This document shows, piece by piece, positions 38,227 to 50,810 of a stretch of DNA of 64,000 bases. The stretch is from the NCBI GenBank assembly GCA_041694335.1, contig JASMTJ010000093.1, positions 84 to 64,083 on the forward strand, in the 5' to 3' direction. The stretch is from Bacteroidales bacterium (GTDB lineage Bacteria; Bacteroidota; Bacteroidia; Bacteroidales; JAIPAH01). A program made the position numbers and the translations under genes. Under the pieces are notes generated by a model, which ran no database searches, was not told where the DNA came from, and saw nothing but the letters and a program-made list of their open reading frames with translations. Within the stretch, counting starts at the first letter, position 1. The number at the start of each line of letters is the position of its first letter.

Positions 38227-39456
38227 TCAAAAACTATATTTAAGATGAAGCTGCACTCTAATGTTAGTTGCCTCTTCTGCATCCAATACTTCTCCATCGG
38301 GCTGTGCTTCTCCGTAAGCAGCCACATCCCTGAGGATCTCACCCATTATCAGGAATTTTTTCACTCTGTATCCAAGACGCGGTGAAATGCGGTAAGCGTA
38401 GGCAATATCTGTTCCCCTTGCGAATTTGTTAACCAGATCCAGACCCTCTTCTGCGGTTCTGTTTACCCCCATATTCTCTGTGTATCCTGCAAACAGGGAA
38501 TAAATAAACTGGTTCTTGTTATAAATCAGCTCTGTCCAGACCGATCCCGTTTCATAATTCGAATATTCCAGCTCACCGGCATTCCCTCCCTGGTATGAAG
38601 CATAGCCACCAAGCATCAGGAAATTATACAGGTTTTCACCGTAAACCGCTTTTACTTTGGCAGTGAAGTTGCTCCAGTCTTTTCTTGCATAAACGCTTCC
38701 GAAAGCAGAACCGAGTGTTTCATCAACCGCCTGGCCGTTTTCATCCTGAAGCCTTGGTCTAACCTCTTTATATCCGAGAACGGTTCCAAGTTTCAAACCA
38801 TTTTTATGATATTCGAGGTGCAAATCCAATTCTGGTTTTGAAGAATTCCTCAGGTACTCGGATGAGGGTCCGTTTGGGCCCGGGCTGGCAAAATCGCGTT
38901 GTCCCAATACGGTGATACTTCCGAAAAAGTGTTGCCCGAAGTGGTGCTTAAACCTGATTTGCGGATTTCTGGACAGGATGGCATAAGGCAGTCCGCCGCC
39001 CCAGCTCGACACCTCCGGGTAGCTACCGGTAACAAACAGCGGATGCCAGTACTGTCCGGCCAACAATAAGCTTTTCTCCCAGTCGAGTTTAATAATCGCA
39101 TGGCGCAGGCGCATCATACTCATCACTGAGTTGGTGGTTCCTGCAAAATCCACCTCCACCAGCGCGCTCGATTCTGCCCCAAGCACTTGAGGCCCGGAAA
39201 CCTTGGTCCGCAAGCGGCTGTGGATGCTAAACATATTAAAACTGGATTGCCCGTTAATATCCTTCCCGTTAAGGTCTTTTACCACCGGGGAGGGATAGAG
39301 CAATACATCTCCCTCGCGTGCTGTTACCGTTTGGCGCGTATCAAAAACCGTTTCGTAAGAAACAAAACCACTCAGAGTTAAATCATATTCATTTTCCTGC
39401 GAAAGCAGAAAAACCGGGTACAGAAATACGAAAACCAGGATATATTTTCCTCTCAT
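38227..39456 (-). CDS. Outer-membrane porin-like beta-barrel protein
   Basis: 409 aa. Signal peptide MRGKYILVFVFLYPVFLLSQ, beta-strand periodicity, C-terminal ...LHLKYSF. Confidence 0.6.
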   Translation of the reverse strand: MRGKYILVFVFLYPVFLLSQENEYDLTLSGFVSYETVFDTRQTVTAREGDVLLYPSPVVKDLNGKDINGQSSFNMFSIHSRLRTKVSGPQVLGAESSALVEVDFAGTTNSVMSMMRLRHAIIKLDWEKSLLLAGQYWHPLFVTGSYPEVSSWGGGLPYAILSRNPQIRFKHHFGQHFFGSITVLGQRDFASPGPNGPSSEYLRNSSKPELDLHLEYHKNGLKLGTVLGYKEVRPRLQDENGQAVDETLGSAFGSVYARKDWSNFTAKVKAVYGENLYNFLMLGGYASYQGGNAGELEYSNYETGSVWTELIYNKNQFIYSLFAGYTENMGVNRTAEEGLDLVNKFARGTDIAYAYRISPRLGYRVKKFLIMGEILRDVAAYGEAQPDGEVLDAEEATNIRVQLHLKYSF

Positions 39457-39638
39457 TAATCTAATGCTTTAGCCTGTTTTATTATGTTTCACCTGTATTT
39501 AATTGCTTGGTTGAAACATGTTTTAAAAAGAGCGGCAAATATTCGATATTTTTTTGGAAATATGATAGCTCTTTCCCTTAAAAACAGGTCGGATTTTTCC
39601 TTAATTCTATTATGCAGGAAATGATAGACAGGGAATTT

Positions 39639-41288
39639 TTATTGCGGCGCGAACCCACTGTAAATCAAGAATCCAACAATGAGGGTTATCAATAAATAAT
39701 AAATGAGTGCCGGCAATGCGTTTGTTCTGATAATCTTTCCTTCTGCACCAATACAACCCACTGTAGCAGCAACGGCAACCACATTATTAACACAGACCAT
39801 GTTTCCTATCCCGGCACCAATTCCCTGCATGGAGAGGATAAGAATTTCGGGAAACCCAAGGATGGATGCTGTCTCATACTGGAACGACATGAAAAGGATA
39901 TTTGATACTGTTGCCGAGCCAGACATGAAGGTGCCCAGCATGCCTATGATAGTGGCAAAAAACGGGTAAGCCTCACCGGATATCGAAGCCGCCGCCTCTG
40001 CGAGCGTGGTGAGCATACTGTCCATGCCACTGCTGTTGGTTCCGGAATTCAGCATCAGTTGTACAAGTCCCACCCCTGCCAGAAGAGCAATGGCCGCCCC
40101 GCTGATTTGTTTAAAAGTGAGCGACCAGGCCCGCTTTACTTCATTAAGATTCATTTTATGCATCAGGTGGGTTATGAGGGCTACGAGCATAAAAGGAATG
40201 GTTCCGGGAAGGTAAGCCCATTGCAAGTTATAATCAAGCCCTGCAATGCCCGCCACGTTGTTTAATGACAGTGTTTGATTGGTAAGAATTTCTTTTAGTC
40301 CGAATGCCGGAATACGTGTAGCCACCAGGATTATCGCAATCAAAAGATAAGGAGCCCACGCCTTGAGGAGGGACATTTTCGCCTGGCCTGTGCTTCCGGT
40401 ATCAGTATTGGAGCGCCATATCTCCGGCCAGGCAGACTGCTCGGGGAAGTCCCATTTCTTTTTGGGCACCAGAAAATCGTGCTTTGCGGCCAGCACAACA
40501 ATGCCTAACCCAATAAAAGCGCCTACCAGCGAAGGCAGCTCCGGACCAAAAACCAAAGCAATCAGTACGAAAGGGACCATAAACGCCAGGCCGGCAAAAA
40601 TCGCAAAAGGAGCTACCGCCAGCGCTGGTTTAATGGATTTTTCCTTTCCAAACATCCGCGTCATAATCATCAGTCCCAACAGCGGAATAAATATCCCGGC
40701 AATAGCATTGGGCAGGGCAACCCATTCTGTCAGTGCCAGTTTAAACGTTTCCGGATTTGCTCCCGCCTCTGCGAGGTTCGATTCGAGTGTGCTCATTGCG
40801 CCGAAAATGGGTGTTCCCACCGCACCGAATGGCACCGGAACAGTGTTAAAAATGAGTGCAACAAGAGCCGCAGCCAGCGGCGGAAAACCAAGCCCCACCA
40901 GCAAGGGTCCGGCAAGCGCTGCCGGGGTTCCAAAACCGGCGGCTCCCTCGATAAATGCTCCAAACATAAACCCGATAATAATGGCCTGAATACGCCGATC
41001 GGTGGTGATTCCGTTAAAGCCATTGTTTATAGTCGTCATCGCTCCGGAAAGCTTGAGCGTATTTAAAATAAGTATGGCCCCAAAAATGATAATCAGGATA
41101 TCAAATGCCTTCAAAAATCCAAAAATGGTATATCCCAATACATGCTGTATTTCCATGCCCCACCGGAATGTTGCAACCAATACTGCCACAAACAAGGCCA
41201 ATGGCAGTGCTCTTTTGGCCGACCAGTTGAATCCGGTCATCAAAACAATGGTCAGAAATATGGGTAAAAATGCCAGTATGGCGCTCAT
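39639..41288 (-). CDS. lctP: L-lactate/glycolate permease (LctP family)
   Basis: 549 aa polytopic protein with LctP signature [24 protein letters not shown]. Confidence 0.85.
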   Translation of the reverse strand: MSAILAFLPIFLTIVLMTGFNWSAKRALPLALFVAVLVATFRWGMEIQHVLGYTIFGFLKAFDILIIIFGAILILNTLKLSGAMTTINNGFNGITTDRRIQAIIIGFMFGAFIEGAAGFGTPAALAGPLLVGLGFPPLAAALVALIFNTVPVPFGAVGTPIFGAMSTLESNLAEAGANPETFKLALTEWVALPNAIAGIFIPLLGLMIMTRMFGKEKSIKPALAVAPFAIFAGLAFMVPFVLIALVFGPELPSLVGAFIGLGIVVLAAKHDFLVPKKKWDFPEQSAWPEIWRSNTDTGSTGQAKMSLLKAWAPYLLIAIILVATRIPAFGLKEILTNQTLSLNNVAGIAGLDYNLQWAYLPGTIPFMLVALITHLMHKMNLNEVKRAWSLTFKQISGAAIALLAGVGLVQLMLNSGTNSSGMDSMLTTLAEAAASISGEAYPFFATIIGMLGTFMSGSATVSNILFMSFQYETASILGFPEILILSMQGIGAGIGNMVCVNNVVAVAATVGCIGAEGKIIRTNALPALIYYLLITLIVGFLIYSGFAPQ

Positions 41289-41457
41289 AATCTCTTCTTT
41301 CTAATTCTACAAATTTCCCTCATCGCAAAAAGTTTAAAACAATCAAATTTGTTCAACGTATTCGCCGGTATCCTTTGCGGAAGAATACCTCTGAACAATC
41401 GTTAATCATACATTACTCATCACATCTGTATTGCTTTCCGGAAAATTAATCTTACAT

Positions 41458-43659
41458 ATGTCTGTTTATTCATATGCCATTTTCGCTACCTTTACAAATC
41501 AGGAGGTGAATTTGAAACAAGACAAAGGTTTTATACAGGGCTTCTTTCTGCGGTTTTTGATTATTAGCACGTTGGCTGTAGTCATTATCACTATTTTTAC
41601 CTACAACGATTTCAATTCAAGGGTTCAGGAAATACAGGATAATAAAACGGAAATTCTTAAGCTCGAAAGAAATAAGCTTCAAAGCAGACTTGAAGCCATA
41701 ATCTCTGATGTTGCCCTGCTCTCTAAGTTTCATAAAATTGCCGACACTTTATACCGCTTTAAAAGCGTTGATCCTTTCCACTCGAAAGGGTTGAAGCTGA
41801 TGGCTTCCAGCAAACCGATGTATTATAAAATACGTTACATCGACTCTACAGGGCATGAAAGAATCCGGATTGAAAACAATTCAATCACAACAAAACCTGA
41901 TTTACAGGATAAAAGCGAAAGGTATTATTTTAAGCAAACCATCCATCTAAAAGAAAACAAAATATTTATCAGCCCGCTGGATTTAAATAAGGAAAACAAG
42001 AAAATCGAAGTGCCGCTGCGACCAACCCTCAGGTTTTCTTCTCCGCTTATCGACTGGGATAAGAGCAGGGTCGGTATTATTGTAGTAAACTATGCAGCCA
42101 AAAACCTTTTAGATGATTTAAGCGCGTCTGTTGAAGATAAAAACACCCATTTCATTCTTGTTAACCGTGACGGATACTACCTAAAACATCATAATAAATC
42201 AAAAGAGTGGGATTTTATGATTCCTGAACGAAAAGAATTCAGATTACAAAACGAATATCCGGAAGCATGGAAAGCCATCAATGAATCGCTATCAGGAAGC
42301 ATTTATTCTCCTTCAGAAGGAATCTTTTCTTTCCAGACCTTTCGTTTTCCTGTTACAACAGAGCAGGGCCTTTTCAGGCTGTTTACAGCCGTAGACCTTA
42401 ACGAAAGCCAATACCGCAGCTGGGTTCTCATTTCAAGGACGCCGGTTTGGCACATTACTCAAATAAAAAACAACCTCAAGGCCCGCTATGGCGCCTTTCT
42501 TGTTATTATACTCATCATTGCTGCCGTTTATTCTTACGAATCCACCTCCTCCAAGTTCAGAAAGCGACGGGAAGAACAGCTAAAGCAGGAAAAGCTCGAT
42601 TTTGTCAAGCAGATTATTGAGGGATTGCCGCACCCCTTGTTTTTTGCCAACGAAAAAATGGAATGTGTTTTAAGCAATCATGCCTTCGAGGAGCACATTA
42701 AATCCTATCCCCACACCGAAAGCTTTTTTGGTAAAAACATAAGCTGCAAGGTGCTTCAAATAGAGCCTCAGATACAGTCTGTAATGAAAAACAAGAAAAC
42801 CATTACTTTTGAGAAGCATGAAAATCATGAAGGGCATGAAAAAGACTACTTCTATAAATTGGCTCCGGTTACTTTGCCTGACGAAACAGGAGTGGTTGGG
42901 GTAGCCACCGATATTACCGACCTTAAAGCCACAGAACGCGATTTGCGCACCGCACAAAAGGAGCTGAAGGAGCTCAACGAATCGAAGGACAAATTCTTTT
43001 CCATTATCGCGCACGACCTGAAATCGCCCTTTAATGCTATACTGGGTTTTGTCGAAATACTTGATAACGATTACGATGAAATGGATGAAGAAGAAAAGAA
43101 AGAGATTATCCAAAACATCAATTATTCATCCCGCAAAACATTTCGCCTTTTGCAGGATATCCTTCAATGGTCGAGAGTGCAGCTTGGACGAATGAGTATA
43201 GAGCCAGAACAGGTCTATTTGCACCAAATTTCAAAAGAAATATGGAATCTGTACCGGTATTCGTTTGAAGAGAAAAACATAGCTGTTGATATCTCAGGTG
43301 ATAAAGATATTTTCATTCATGCCGACAAATATATGCTTACCACCATTTTCAGAAACCTGATGTCAAACGCCATCAAGTTTACTCCTGAAGAAGGAAAGAT
43401 AAGCCTGCTATTCGAAAAACAAGAAAATCACATTGTTGTGCGCTTCAAAGACTCCGGGGTTGGCATGAGCCAGGATACCATTGATAATCTGTTTCGTCTG
43501 GATAAAAACATCTCGACCAAAGGAACAAATAATGAATCAGGCACAGGCCTGGGACTGGTTTTAGTAAAAGAGTTTCTTGAAAAGAATAACGGCACCATAG
43601 AGGTGAGTAGCGAGCCCGGAAAAGGAAGCACTTTCACCCTTTACTTTCCGAAAGTCTAA
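41458..43659 (+). CDS. Sensor histidine kinase (periplasmic Cache-like domain, PAS, HisKA, HATPase_c)
   Basis: Two TM segments flank a ~300-aa extracytoplasmic domain. H-box FFSIIAHDLKSPFNAI; G-boxes DSGVGM and GTGLGL. No response regulator is adjacent. Confidence 0.85.
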   Translation: MSVYSYAIFATFTNQEVNLKQDKGFIQGFFLRFLIISTLAVVIITIFTYNDFNSRVQEIQDNKTEILKLERNKLQSRLEAIISDVALLSKFHKIADTLYRFKSVDPFHSKGLKLMASSKPMYYKIRYIDSTGHERIRIENNSITTKPDLQDKSERYYFKQTIHLKENKIFISPLDLNKENKKIEVPLRPTLRFSSPLIDWDKSRVGIIVVNYAAKNLLDDLSASVEDKNTHFILVNRDGYYLKHHNKSKEWDFMIPERKEFRLQNEYPEAWKAINESLSGSIYSPSEGIFSFQTFRFPVTTEQGLFRLFTAVDLNESQYRSWVLISRTPVWHITQIKNNLKARYGAFLVIILIIAAVYSYESTSSKFRKRREEQLKQEKLDFVKQIIEGLPHPLFFANEKMECVLSNHAFEEHIKSYPHTESFFGKNISCKVLQIEPQIQSVMKNKKTITFEKHENHEGHEKDYFYKLAPVTLPDETGVVGVATDITDLKATERDLRTAQKELKELNESKDKFFSIIAHDLKSPFNAILGFVEILDNDYDEMDEEEKKEIIQNINYSSRKTFRLLQDILQWSRVQLGRMSIEPEQVYLHQISKEIWNLYRYSFEEKNIAVDISGDKDIFIHADKYMLTTIFRNLMSNAIKFTPEEGKISLLFEKQENHIVVRFKDSGVGMSQDTIDNLFRLDKNISTKGTNNESGTGLGLVLVKEFLEKNNGTIEVSSEPGKGSTFTLYFPKV

Positions 43660-43782
43660 TTCGTTACGGGACAATCAAATCTTTGTGGTATACCCTGGAG
43701 CAGTCAAATTTTGATCGACTGAAATTTGTTTACGGATAAAAGATTTAGTATATTGTAAGCAAACATTTAAAAGCGGGAAATC

Positions 43783-44283
43783 ATGAAAAAAATCTACATT
43801 CTTTTTATCGTCACTGCGGCTATTATAACAGGCTGTCAGGAACAATGCAACAGAGACGAAGAAATCTCAAACATTCAGCTTGTTCTTGAAAAGCACATCA
43901 TCGCCAATGAAACAAAAAACATTGATTTGATTAAAGAGATCTGGGCACCGAAAGAGGACATCGTGATTTACGGCACCGATTCAGATGAGAAGCTTCAGGG
44001 CTGGACTCAAATCAGAAACACTTTCTTACAACAGTTTGAGATGTTTGAAGAAGCTTATCTTTCGGCCTCCGACCAAAAAATCAATCTTGACTGCGATGGC
44101 AACACGGCTTGGTTTTCTCAAATTATGAATTACAACTACACCACCACGCAAGGCGTGGCCAAGCGCTTTGAAGGGGTCAGATTTACCGGAGTGCTGGAAA
44201 AAATTGAAGGCAAATGGTATATTGTGCAAAGCCACATGTCCATTCCATATAATTCCATGGAAAAAGAAAAATATGTCGACTAA
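43783..44283 (+). CDS. SnoaL/NTF2-like (DUF4440-type) lipoprotein
   Basis: 166 aa. Lipobox IITGC. NTF2-like pattern (FSQIMNYNYTT...RFTGVLEKIEGKWYIVQSHMS). Confidence 0.55.
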   Translation: MKKIYILFIVTAAIITGCQEQCNRDEEISNIQLVLEKHIIANETKNIDLIKEIWAPKEDIVIYGTDSDEKLQGWTQIRNTFLQQFEMFEEAYLSASDQKINLDCDGNTAWFSQIMNYNYTTTQGVAKRFEGVRFTGVLEKIEGKWYIVQSHMSIPYNSMEKEKYVD

Positions 44284-44295
44284 AAGGGAGCAAAG

Positions 44296-44332
44296 AAAAA
44301 GGGCGGTACTTTCAGAAGTACCGCCCTTTTTT
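44296..44332. terminator. Bidirectional intrinsic terminator
   Basis: AAAAA-GGGCGGTACTT-TCAG-AAGTACCGCCC-TTTTTT between the convergent SnoaL-like gene and atpC. Confidence 0.85.
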
Positions 44333-44353
44333 GGCTCATTAAAACTCGTTTTT

Positions 44354-44590
44354 TTATTCTGCCAAAACGAGTATTTTATTGTTTTTCACCTCTAACACGC
44401 CGCCACTGATTTCGAAAAAGTCGAGCGAATCATCGGTTTTTTTCACCTTAACTTTTCCTTTGCCCAGGGCCGAAATCATGGGCGCGTGGTTATTCAGTAT
44501 TTCAAACAAACCATCTACTCCGGGAAGCTGCACCAGTGTGGCTTCACCCTCAAAAATGGTTTGGTCGGGTGTGATAATTTCTACGTTCAT
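44354..44590 (-). CDS. atpC: F1 ATP synthase epsilon subunit
   Basis: 78 aa (MNVEIITPDQTIFEGEATLVQLPGVDG...), immediately downstream of atpD. Confidence 0.85.
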   Translation of the reverse strand: MNVEIITPDQTIFEGEATLVQLPGVDGLFEILNNHAPMISALGKGKVKVKKTDDSLDFFEISGGVLEVKNNKILVLAE

Positions 44591-44592
44591 AA

Positions 44593-46131
<1,539 letters not shown>

Positions 46132-46242
46132 TAAAAAGCGTTGATAATTTGTAGTTAATTAAAGAAAAATCATAAGTAACAGTATCTATAAACAAATCCC
46201 TGTTTCTTTGTTCACAACAAATGAAAAAATAATACAGACAGC

Positions 46243-46884
46243 TTATTCGTCTATCTCCACAGCATCCTTCTGAACTTGTTCTGATTCTTCTTTAGGAAAA
46301 AACTTCTTTTGAAAGACCAGCAAAATAAACACTCCTACCGTGATGGCACTATCGGCTACATTGAACACCGGCCGGAAAAAAAGGAAATGGTCTCCTCCTA
46401 CAAATGGTAGCCACTCAGGATACTGCCCCCGCAGAATAGGGAAGTAAAACATATCAACTACATGTCCGTGCAGAAAAGAGGCGTAGCCTCCTGCTTCGGG
46501 AAGAAACTCTGCCACCTTGTGAAAGCCGCTGGCCGAAAATATCATTCCGTAAAAAGCACTGTCGATCATATTGCCGGTGGCCCCGGCAAATATCATAGAT
46601 ACACTAACGATGAGGCCGGTTTTTTCATTTTTCCGGATACTGTTATATAAATACCATCCAATTAATGAAATAGCGATGATACGGAAAAAACTAAGCAATA
46701 GTTTTCCATATTCGCCACCCAATTCCAGCCCAAAGGCCATGCCTTTGTTTTCGGTAAAATGAATGCGAAACCAATCGTCAAAAACCATGAATTCTTCCCC
46801 CATGGTCATCGAGGTCTTTATCCAGATTTTAACGACCTGATCGATAATCAGAATTAAAAGGATAGGTATTAGCGCCTTCTTCAA
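46243..46884 (-). CDS. lspA: Lipoprotein signal peptidase II
   Basis: 213 aa with four TM segments. LspA motifs (NKGMAFG, FNVADSAI). Confidence 0.85.
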   Translation of the reverse strand: MKKALIPILLILIIDQVVKIWIKTSMTMGEEFMVFDDWFRIHFTENKGMAFGLELGGEYGKLLLSFFRIIAISLIGWYLYNSIRKNEKTGLIVSVSMIFAGATGNMIDSAFYGMIFSASGFHKVAEFLPEAGGYASFLHGHVVDMFYFPILRGQYPEWLPFVGGDHFLFFRPVFNVADSAITVGVFILLVFQKKFFPKEESEQVQKDAVEIDE

Positions 46885-46887
46885 ACC

Positions 46888-47325
46888 TTATTTCTTTGAC
46901 TGATTTTCGTAATCGGGTTTCAGCTTTTGCCCTTTATATTGGTTTTTCTTGGCTTCAATGCTTAAGGTAGCATGTGGCACACTTCTCAGGCGCTCTTTCG
47001 AGATAAGCTTACCGGTAACGCGACAAACACCATAGGTTTTGTTCTCAATACGAACCAATGCGTTTTCAAGGTTATTGATAAACTTTTGCTGGCGCGCTGC
47101 CAAACGACTGTTTTCTTCTTTTGAAAGCACCTGGTGCCCTTCTTCCAACACTTTAAAAGTAGGACTGGTGTCGTTTGTGTCGTGTTCATTCCCAGTGGTA
47201 TATGCTTCAGTGAGCATTTCCAAATCCCTTTTTGCCTTGCCAAGTTTCTTCAGAATAATATCCTTGAATTCCTGTAGTTCCTCATCGGTATACCTTGACT
47301 TTTCCTTGTTTTCTTTCTTAGCCAT
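46888..47325 (-). CDS. TraR/DksA-family protein
   Basis: 145 aa. Coiled-coil N-terminus plus a C-terminal DksA-like segment (ALVRIENKTYGVCRVTGKLISKERLRSVPHA) with a degenerate Zn finger. Conserved ileS-dksA-lspA context. Confidence 0.75.
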   Translation of the reverse strand: MAKKENKEKSRYTDEELQEFKDIILKKLGKAKRDLEMLTEAYTTGNEHDTNDTSPTFKVLEEGHQVLSKEENSRLAARQQKFINNLENALVRIENKTYGVCRVTGKLISKERLRSVPHATLSIEAKKNQYKGQKLKPDYENQSKK

Positions 47326-47341
47326 AGTTTCTGCGTTTAAA

Positions 47342-50300
47342 TTAATCTTTTACGACCTCAATTTGAGCATTCATGCCTTCCTCAATTTCTATTTCCGTGG
47401 CATCGTCATCAAGCGAATCGACAAGAACAAAAGACTTTGCCAACGTCTCTGAACAAATATAAGAAAAATTAGATTCTACAGCACTTGACAGTTCTTCATT
47501 TTTTGTGAGTTTTACATGAATGTTGTCTGTAACCTCAAATCCTTTTTCTTTACGGATATTTTGCACCCTGTTGACGATCTCGCGGGCAATCCCTTCTTGC
47601 CTTAGCTCTTTAGTGATAGATATATCCAATGCGACCGTAATATTGTTCACTGTCGACACTACTAATCCAGGAATATCTTCGGTGATAATTTCTACATCTT
47701 CGGTGGTCAGGCTTACATTTTGACCCTCAATATCAAGCTCATAAGCCCCGTCCTGCTCCAGCTCGCCTATTGCTTGCTGATCCATTCCTGCCAAGGCTTT
47801 CGCGATATGCTTCATCAACTTGCCGTATTTTGGGCCAAGTGTCTTGAAGTTTGGCTTGATTTTCTTCACCAAAACTCCAGATGTTTCCGACAGGAATTCT
47901 ATGTCTTTGATGTTTACCTCTGAAAGCACCAGGCTTTTAATTTTTTCTACCTGTTCTTTAAAACGGTCATCCATCAGCGGAAGCATGATCTTATTCAATG
48001 GCTGGCGTACGCGGATGTTAGTCTTCTTCCTCAGAGAAAGCACTTGTGAGCTGATTTGTTGTGCCAGCTGCATCCGTTCCTCCAGATCCTTGTCTACCTG
48101 CTCTTCCTTATATTCCGGGAAATTGGCAAGGTGTACCGACGTTACTTCCGACTGCCCTGAAACATCATTCAGATCTTTAAAGAGCCTGTCGCTGTAAAAA
48201 GGAGCAATAGGCGACATCAATACGGCAACGGTCTTCAAGCAACGATAAAGCGTTTGATAGGCCGAAATTTTATCGTTGGTATAATCTCCTTTCCAGAAAC
48301 GCCTTCTTGACAAACGTACGTACCAATTGCTAAGGTAATCATCAACGAACTGCTGGATGAAGCGACCTGCGCGTGTAGGCTCATAATCGTCCATGTTTTC
48401 GCGGACATTTTTCACCAGCGTATTCAGCTCTGAAAGAATCCAGCGATCGATTTCCGGCCTCTCTTCAAACGGAATATCTTCTTCAGAATAATTAAAACCA
48501 TCAATATTCGCGTAAAGCGCAAAGAAGCTGTAAGTGTTGTAAAGCGTTCCGAAAAACTTTCTTCGCAGCTCATCCACCCCTTCGCGACTGAATTTCAGGT
48601 TATCCCAGGGCTGTGCGTTGGTTACCATGTACCAGCGTGTGGCATCCGGACCGTATTTTTCCATGTTGGTAAATGGATCCACGCCATTACCGAGACGTTT
48701 TGACATTTTGTTGCCTTCCTTATCCAGCACCAGCCCGTTCGAAACCACGTTTTTGTAGGCCACGCTGTCGAAAACCATGGTCGCTATCGCGTGAAGCGTA
48801 AAGAACCAGCCACGGGTTTGATCCACGCCTTCAGCAATGAAATCAGCCGGGAAGTTTTCTTCAAAGAGCTCCTTGTTTTCAAACGGATAGTGCAGCTGCG
48901 CATAAGGCATTGAACCTGAATCAAACCACACGTCAATCAAATCTTTTTCGCGATAAAGTTTCTGTCCAGACTCTGAAACAAGTACGATTTCATCCACATA
49001 CGGCCGGTGCAGATCCACTTTTTCATAGTTCTCCTTGCTCATATCCTCCGGATCGAAATCTGCTATCGGATTTTCTTTCATCACTCCGGCAGCCACCGCC
49101 TTATCAATCTCGTCTTTCAGTTGTTTTACCGACCCCACACAAACCTGCTCCTTTTTATCTTCCGATGTCCAAACCGGTAATGGGATTCCCCAGTAACGCG
49201 AACGAGAGAGGTTCCAGTCGACCAGGTTTTCGAGCCAGTTGGCAAAGCGTCCTTGTCCGGTAGAAGCCGGTTTCCAGTTAATGGTATTGTTTAGCTCCAG
49301 CATCCGCTTTTTGTAATCGGTGGTTTTCACAAACCATGAGTCGAGCGGATAGTAAAGCACTGGTTTATCGGTACGCCAGCAGTGTGGATAGTTGTGGGTA
49401 TATTTCTCCACTTTGAACGCCTGGTTGTTTTTCTTAAACATCACTGCCAGGTCAATATCCAGCACAGGATCTTCCTTAGAGGTTTGTTCCTTGTAGTCAT
49501 TCTTCACGAAGCGTCCGGCATATTCACCGTAGAGGTCTTCGTTAACGTATTTTTTTACGAAATCATCATCCAGGTCTTCTATCCTGAAAAAGCGTCCTTG
49601 CAGGTCGACCATCGGACGTTTTTCGCCGTTTTTGTCGATCAGATGCAGCGGCGCAATGCCGGCCTGCTGCCCCACACGGGCGTCATCGGCACCAAAAGTA
49701 GGTGCGATGTGTACGATTCCTGTACCATCTTCAGTGGTCACATAATCACCCAGAATTACTCTGAAAGCATCTCCCATGGGTTGAATCCACGGCACAAGCT
49801 GTTCATAGCGCAGGCCTTCCAGGTCTTTTCCCTTAAGCTCTTTTATAACACGGTAGGGAACTTTCTTCTCGCCGGCTTTGTATTCCTCAAAGGGAATGTC
49901 TTTATGTTTTTCGTTGAAATGAGTTTTTACCAAATCTTTTGCCAGAACCACAGTAATCGGCTCACCAGTGTACTGATTAAAGGTTTCAACCACCACATAG
50001 TCGATTTTCGGACCAACAGCAAGTGCGGTGTTTGAGGGCAGTGTCCAGGGCGTGGTGGTCCAGGCCAGGAAGAAAGGCTTGCCGTGTCCGTTCTCAAAAA
50101 GGAACTCCGACTTATCGTTATTTACCACCTCAAACTGGGCAGTAACCGTAGTGTCTTTAACATCTTTGTAGCAACCCGGCTGATTGAGCTCGTGCGTGCT
50201 GAGTCCCGTGCCAGCTGCCGGAGAATATGGCTGGATAGTATAACCTTTGTAAAGCAACCCTTTATCAAAAAGTCGCTTCAGAAGGTTCCACACACTCTCG

Positions 50301-50770
50301 ATATATTTGCTTTCGAAGGTCACATAAGGGTTATCCAAATCAACCCAATAGCCCATCTCTTCGGTCAGCTCGCCCCAGAGGTCTTTGTATTTCATCACCT
50401 CCTTGCGGCAGGCGGCGTTATACTCTTCAACAGAGATTTTCTTTCCGATATCCTCTTTGGTGATTCCGAGGGTTTTTTCCACGCTGATTTCCACCGGAAG
50501 ACCGTGCGTGTCCCATCCGGCCTTGCGGTTGACCTGGTAGCCCTGCAATGTCTTGTAACGACAAAACAAATCCTTGATGGTGCGGGCCATTACGTGATGG
50601 ATACCGGGCTTTCCGTTGGCAGAAGGAGGCCCCTCGTAAAAGACAAAGGGTTTAGCATCTGCGTGCTGCTTCATGCTCTTCTCAAAGGTCTGGTCTTCTT
50701 TCCAGAATTTTCTTACATCTTTCGCTATGTCCGATAAATCGAACTGCTTATACTCGCGATACTTCTTCAT
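47342..50770 (-). CDS. ileS: Isoleucyl-tRNA synthetase (type 2, long form)
   Basis: 1142 aa. HIGH motif (PSANGKPGIHHV) and KMSKR motif (NKMSKRLGN). Confidence 0.95.
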   Translation of the reverse strand: MKKYREYKQFDLSDIAKDVRKFWKEDQTFEKSMKQHADAKPFVFYEGPPSANGKPGIHHVMARTIKDLFCRYKTLQGYQVNRKAGWDTHGLPVEISVEKTLGITKEDIGKKISVEEYNAACRKEVMKYKDLWGELTEEMGYWVDLDNPYVTFESKYIESVWNLLKRLFDKGLLYKGYTIQPYSPAAGTGLSTHELNQPGCYKDVKDTTVTAQFEVVNNDKSEFLFENGHGKPFFLAWTTTPWTLPSNTALAVGPKIDYVVVETFNQYTGEPITVVLAKDLVKTHFNEKHKDIPFEEYKAGEKKVPYRVIKELKGKDLEGLRYEQLVPWIQPMGDAFRVILGDYVTTEDGTGIVHIAPTFGADDARVGQQAGIAPLHLIDKNGEKRPMVDLQGRFFRIEDLDDDFVKKYVNEDLYGEYAGRFVKNDYKEQTSKEDPVLDIDLAVMFKKNNQAFKVEKYTHNYPHCWRTDKPVLYYPLDSWFVKTTDYKKRMLELNNTINWKPASTGQGRFANWLENLVDWNLSRSRYWGIPLPVWTSEDKKEQVCVGSVKQLKDEIDKAVAAGVMKENPIADFDPEDMSKENYEKVDLHRPYVDEIVLVSESGQKLYREKDLIDVWFDSGSMPYAQLHYPFENKELFEENFPADFIAEGVDQTRGWFFTLHAIATMVFDSVAYKNVVSNGLVLDKEGNKMSKRLGNGVDPFTNMEKYGPDATRWYMVTNAQPWDNLKFSREGVDELRRKFFGTLYNTYSFFALYANIDGFNYSEEDIPFEERPEIDRWILSELNTLVKNVRENMDDYEPTRAGRFIQQFVDDYLSNWYVRLSRRRFWKGDYTNDKISAYQTLYRCLKTVAVLMSPIAPFYSDRLFKDLNDVSGQSEVTSVHLANFPEYKEEQVDKDLEERMQLAQQISSQVLSLRKKTNIRVRQPLNKIMLPLMDDRFKEQVEKIKSLVLSEVNIKDIEFLSETSGVLVKKIKPNFKTLGPKYGKLMKHIAKALAGMDQQAIGELEQDGAYELDIEGQNVSLTTEDVEIITEDIPGLVVSTVNNITVALDISITKELRQEGIAREIVNRVQNIRKEKGFEVTDNIHVKLTKNEELSSAVESNFSYICSETLAKSFVLVDSLDDDATEIEIEEGMNAQIEVVKD

Positions 50771-50802
50771 GAATCACCTGTTTATGAGTCTCAAAATGGC
50801 TG

Positions 50803-50810
50803 CAAAGCTA
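50803..50810 (-). promoter_or_regulatory. Bacteroidota-type -7 box for ileS
   Basis: CAAAGCTA on the + strand equals TAGCTTTG on the - strand, 33-40 nt upstream of the ileS ATG. Confidence 0.35.
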
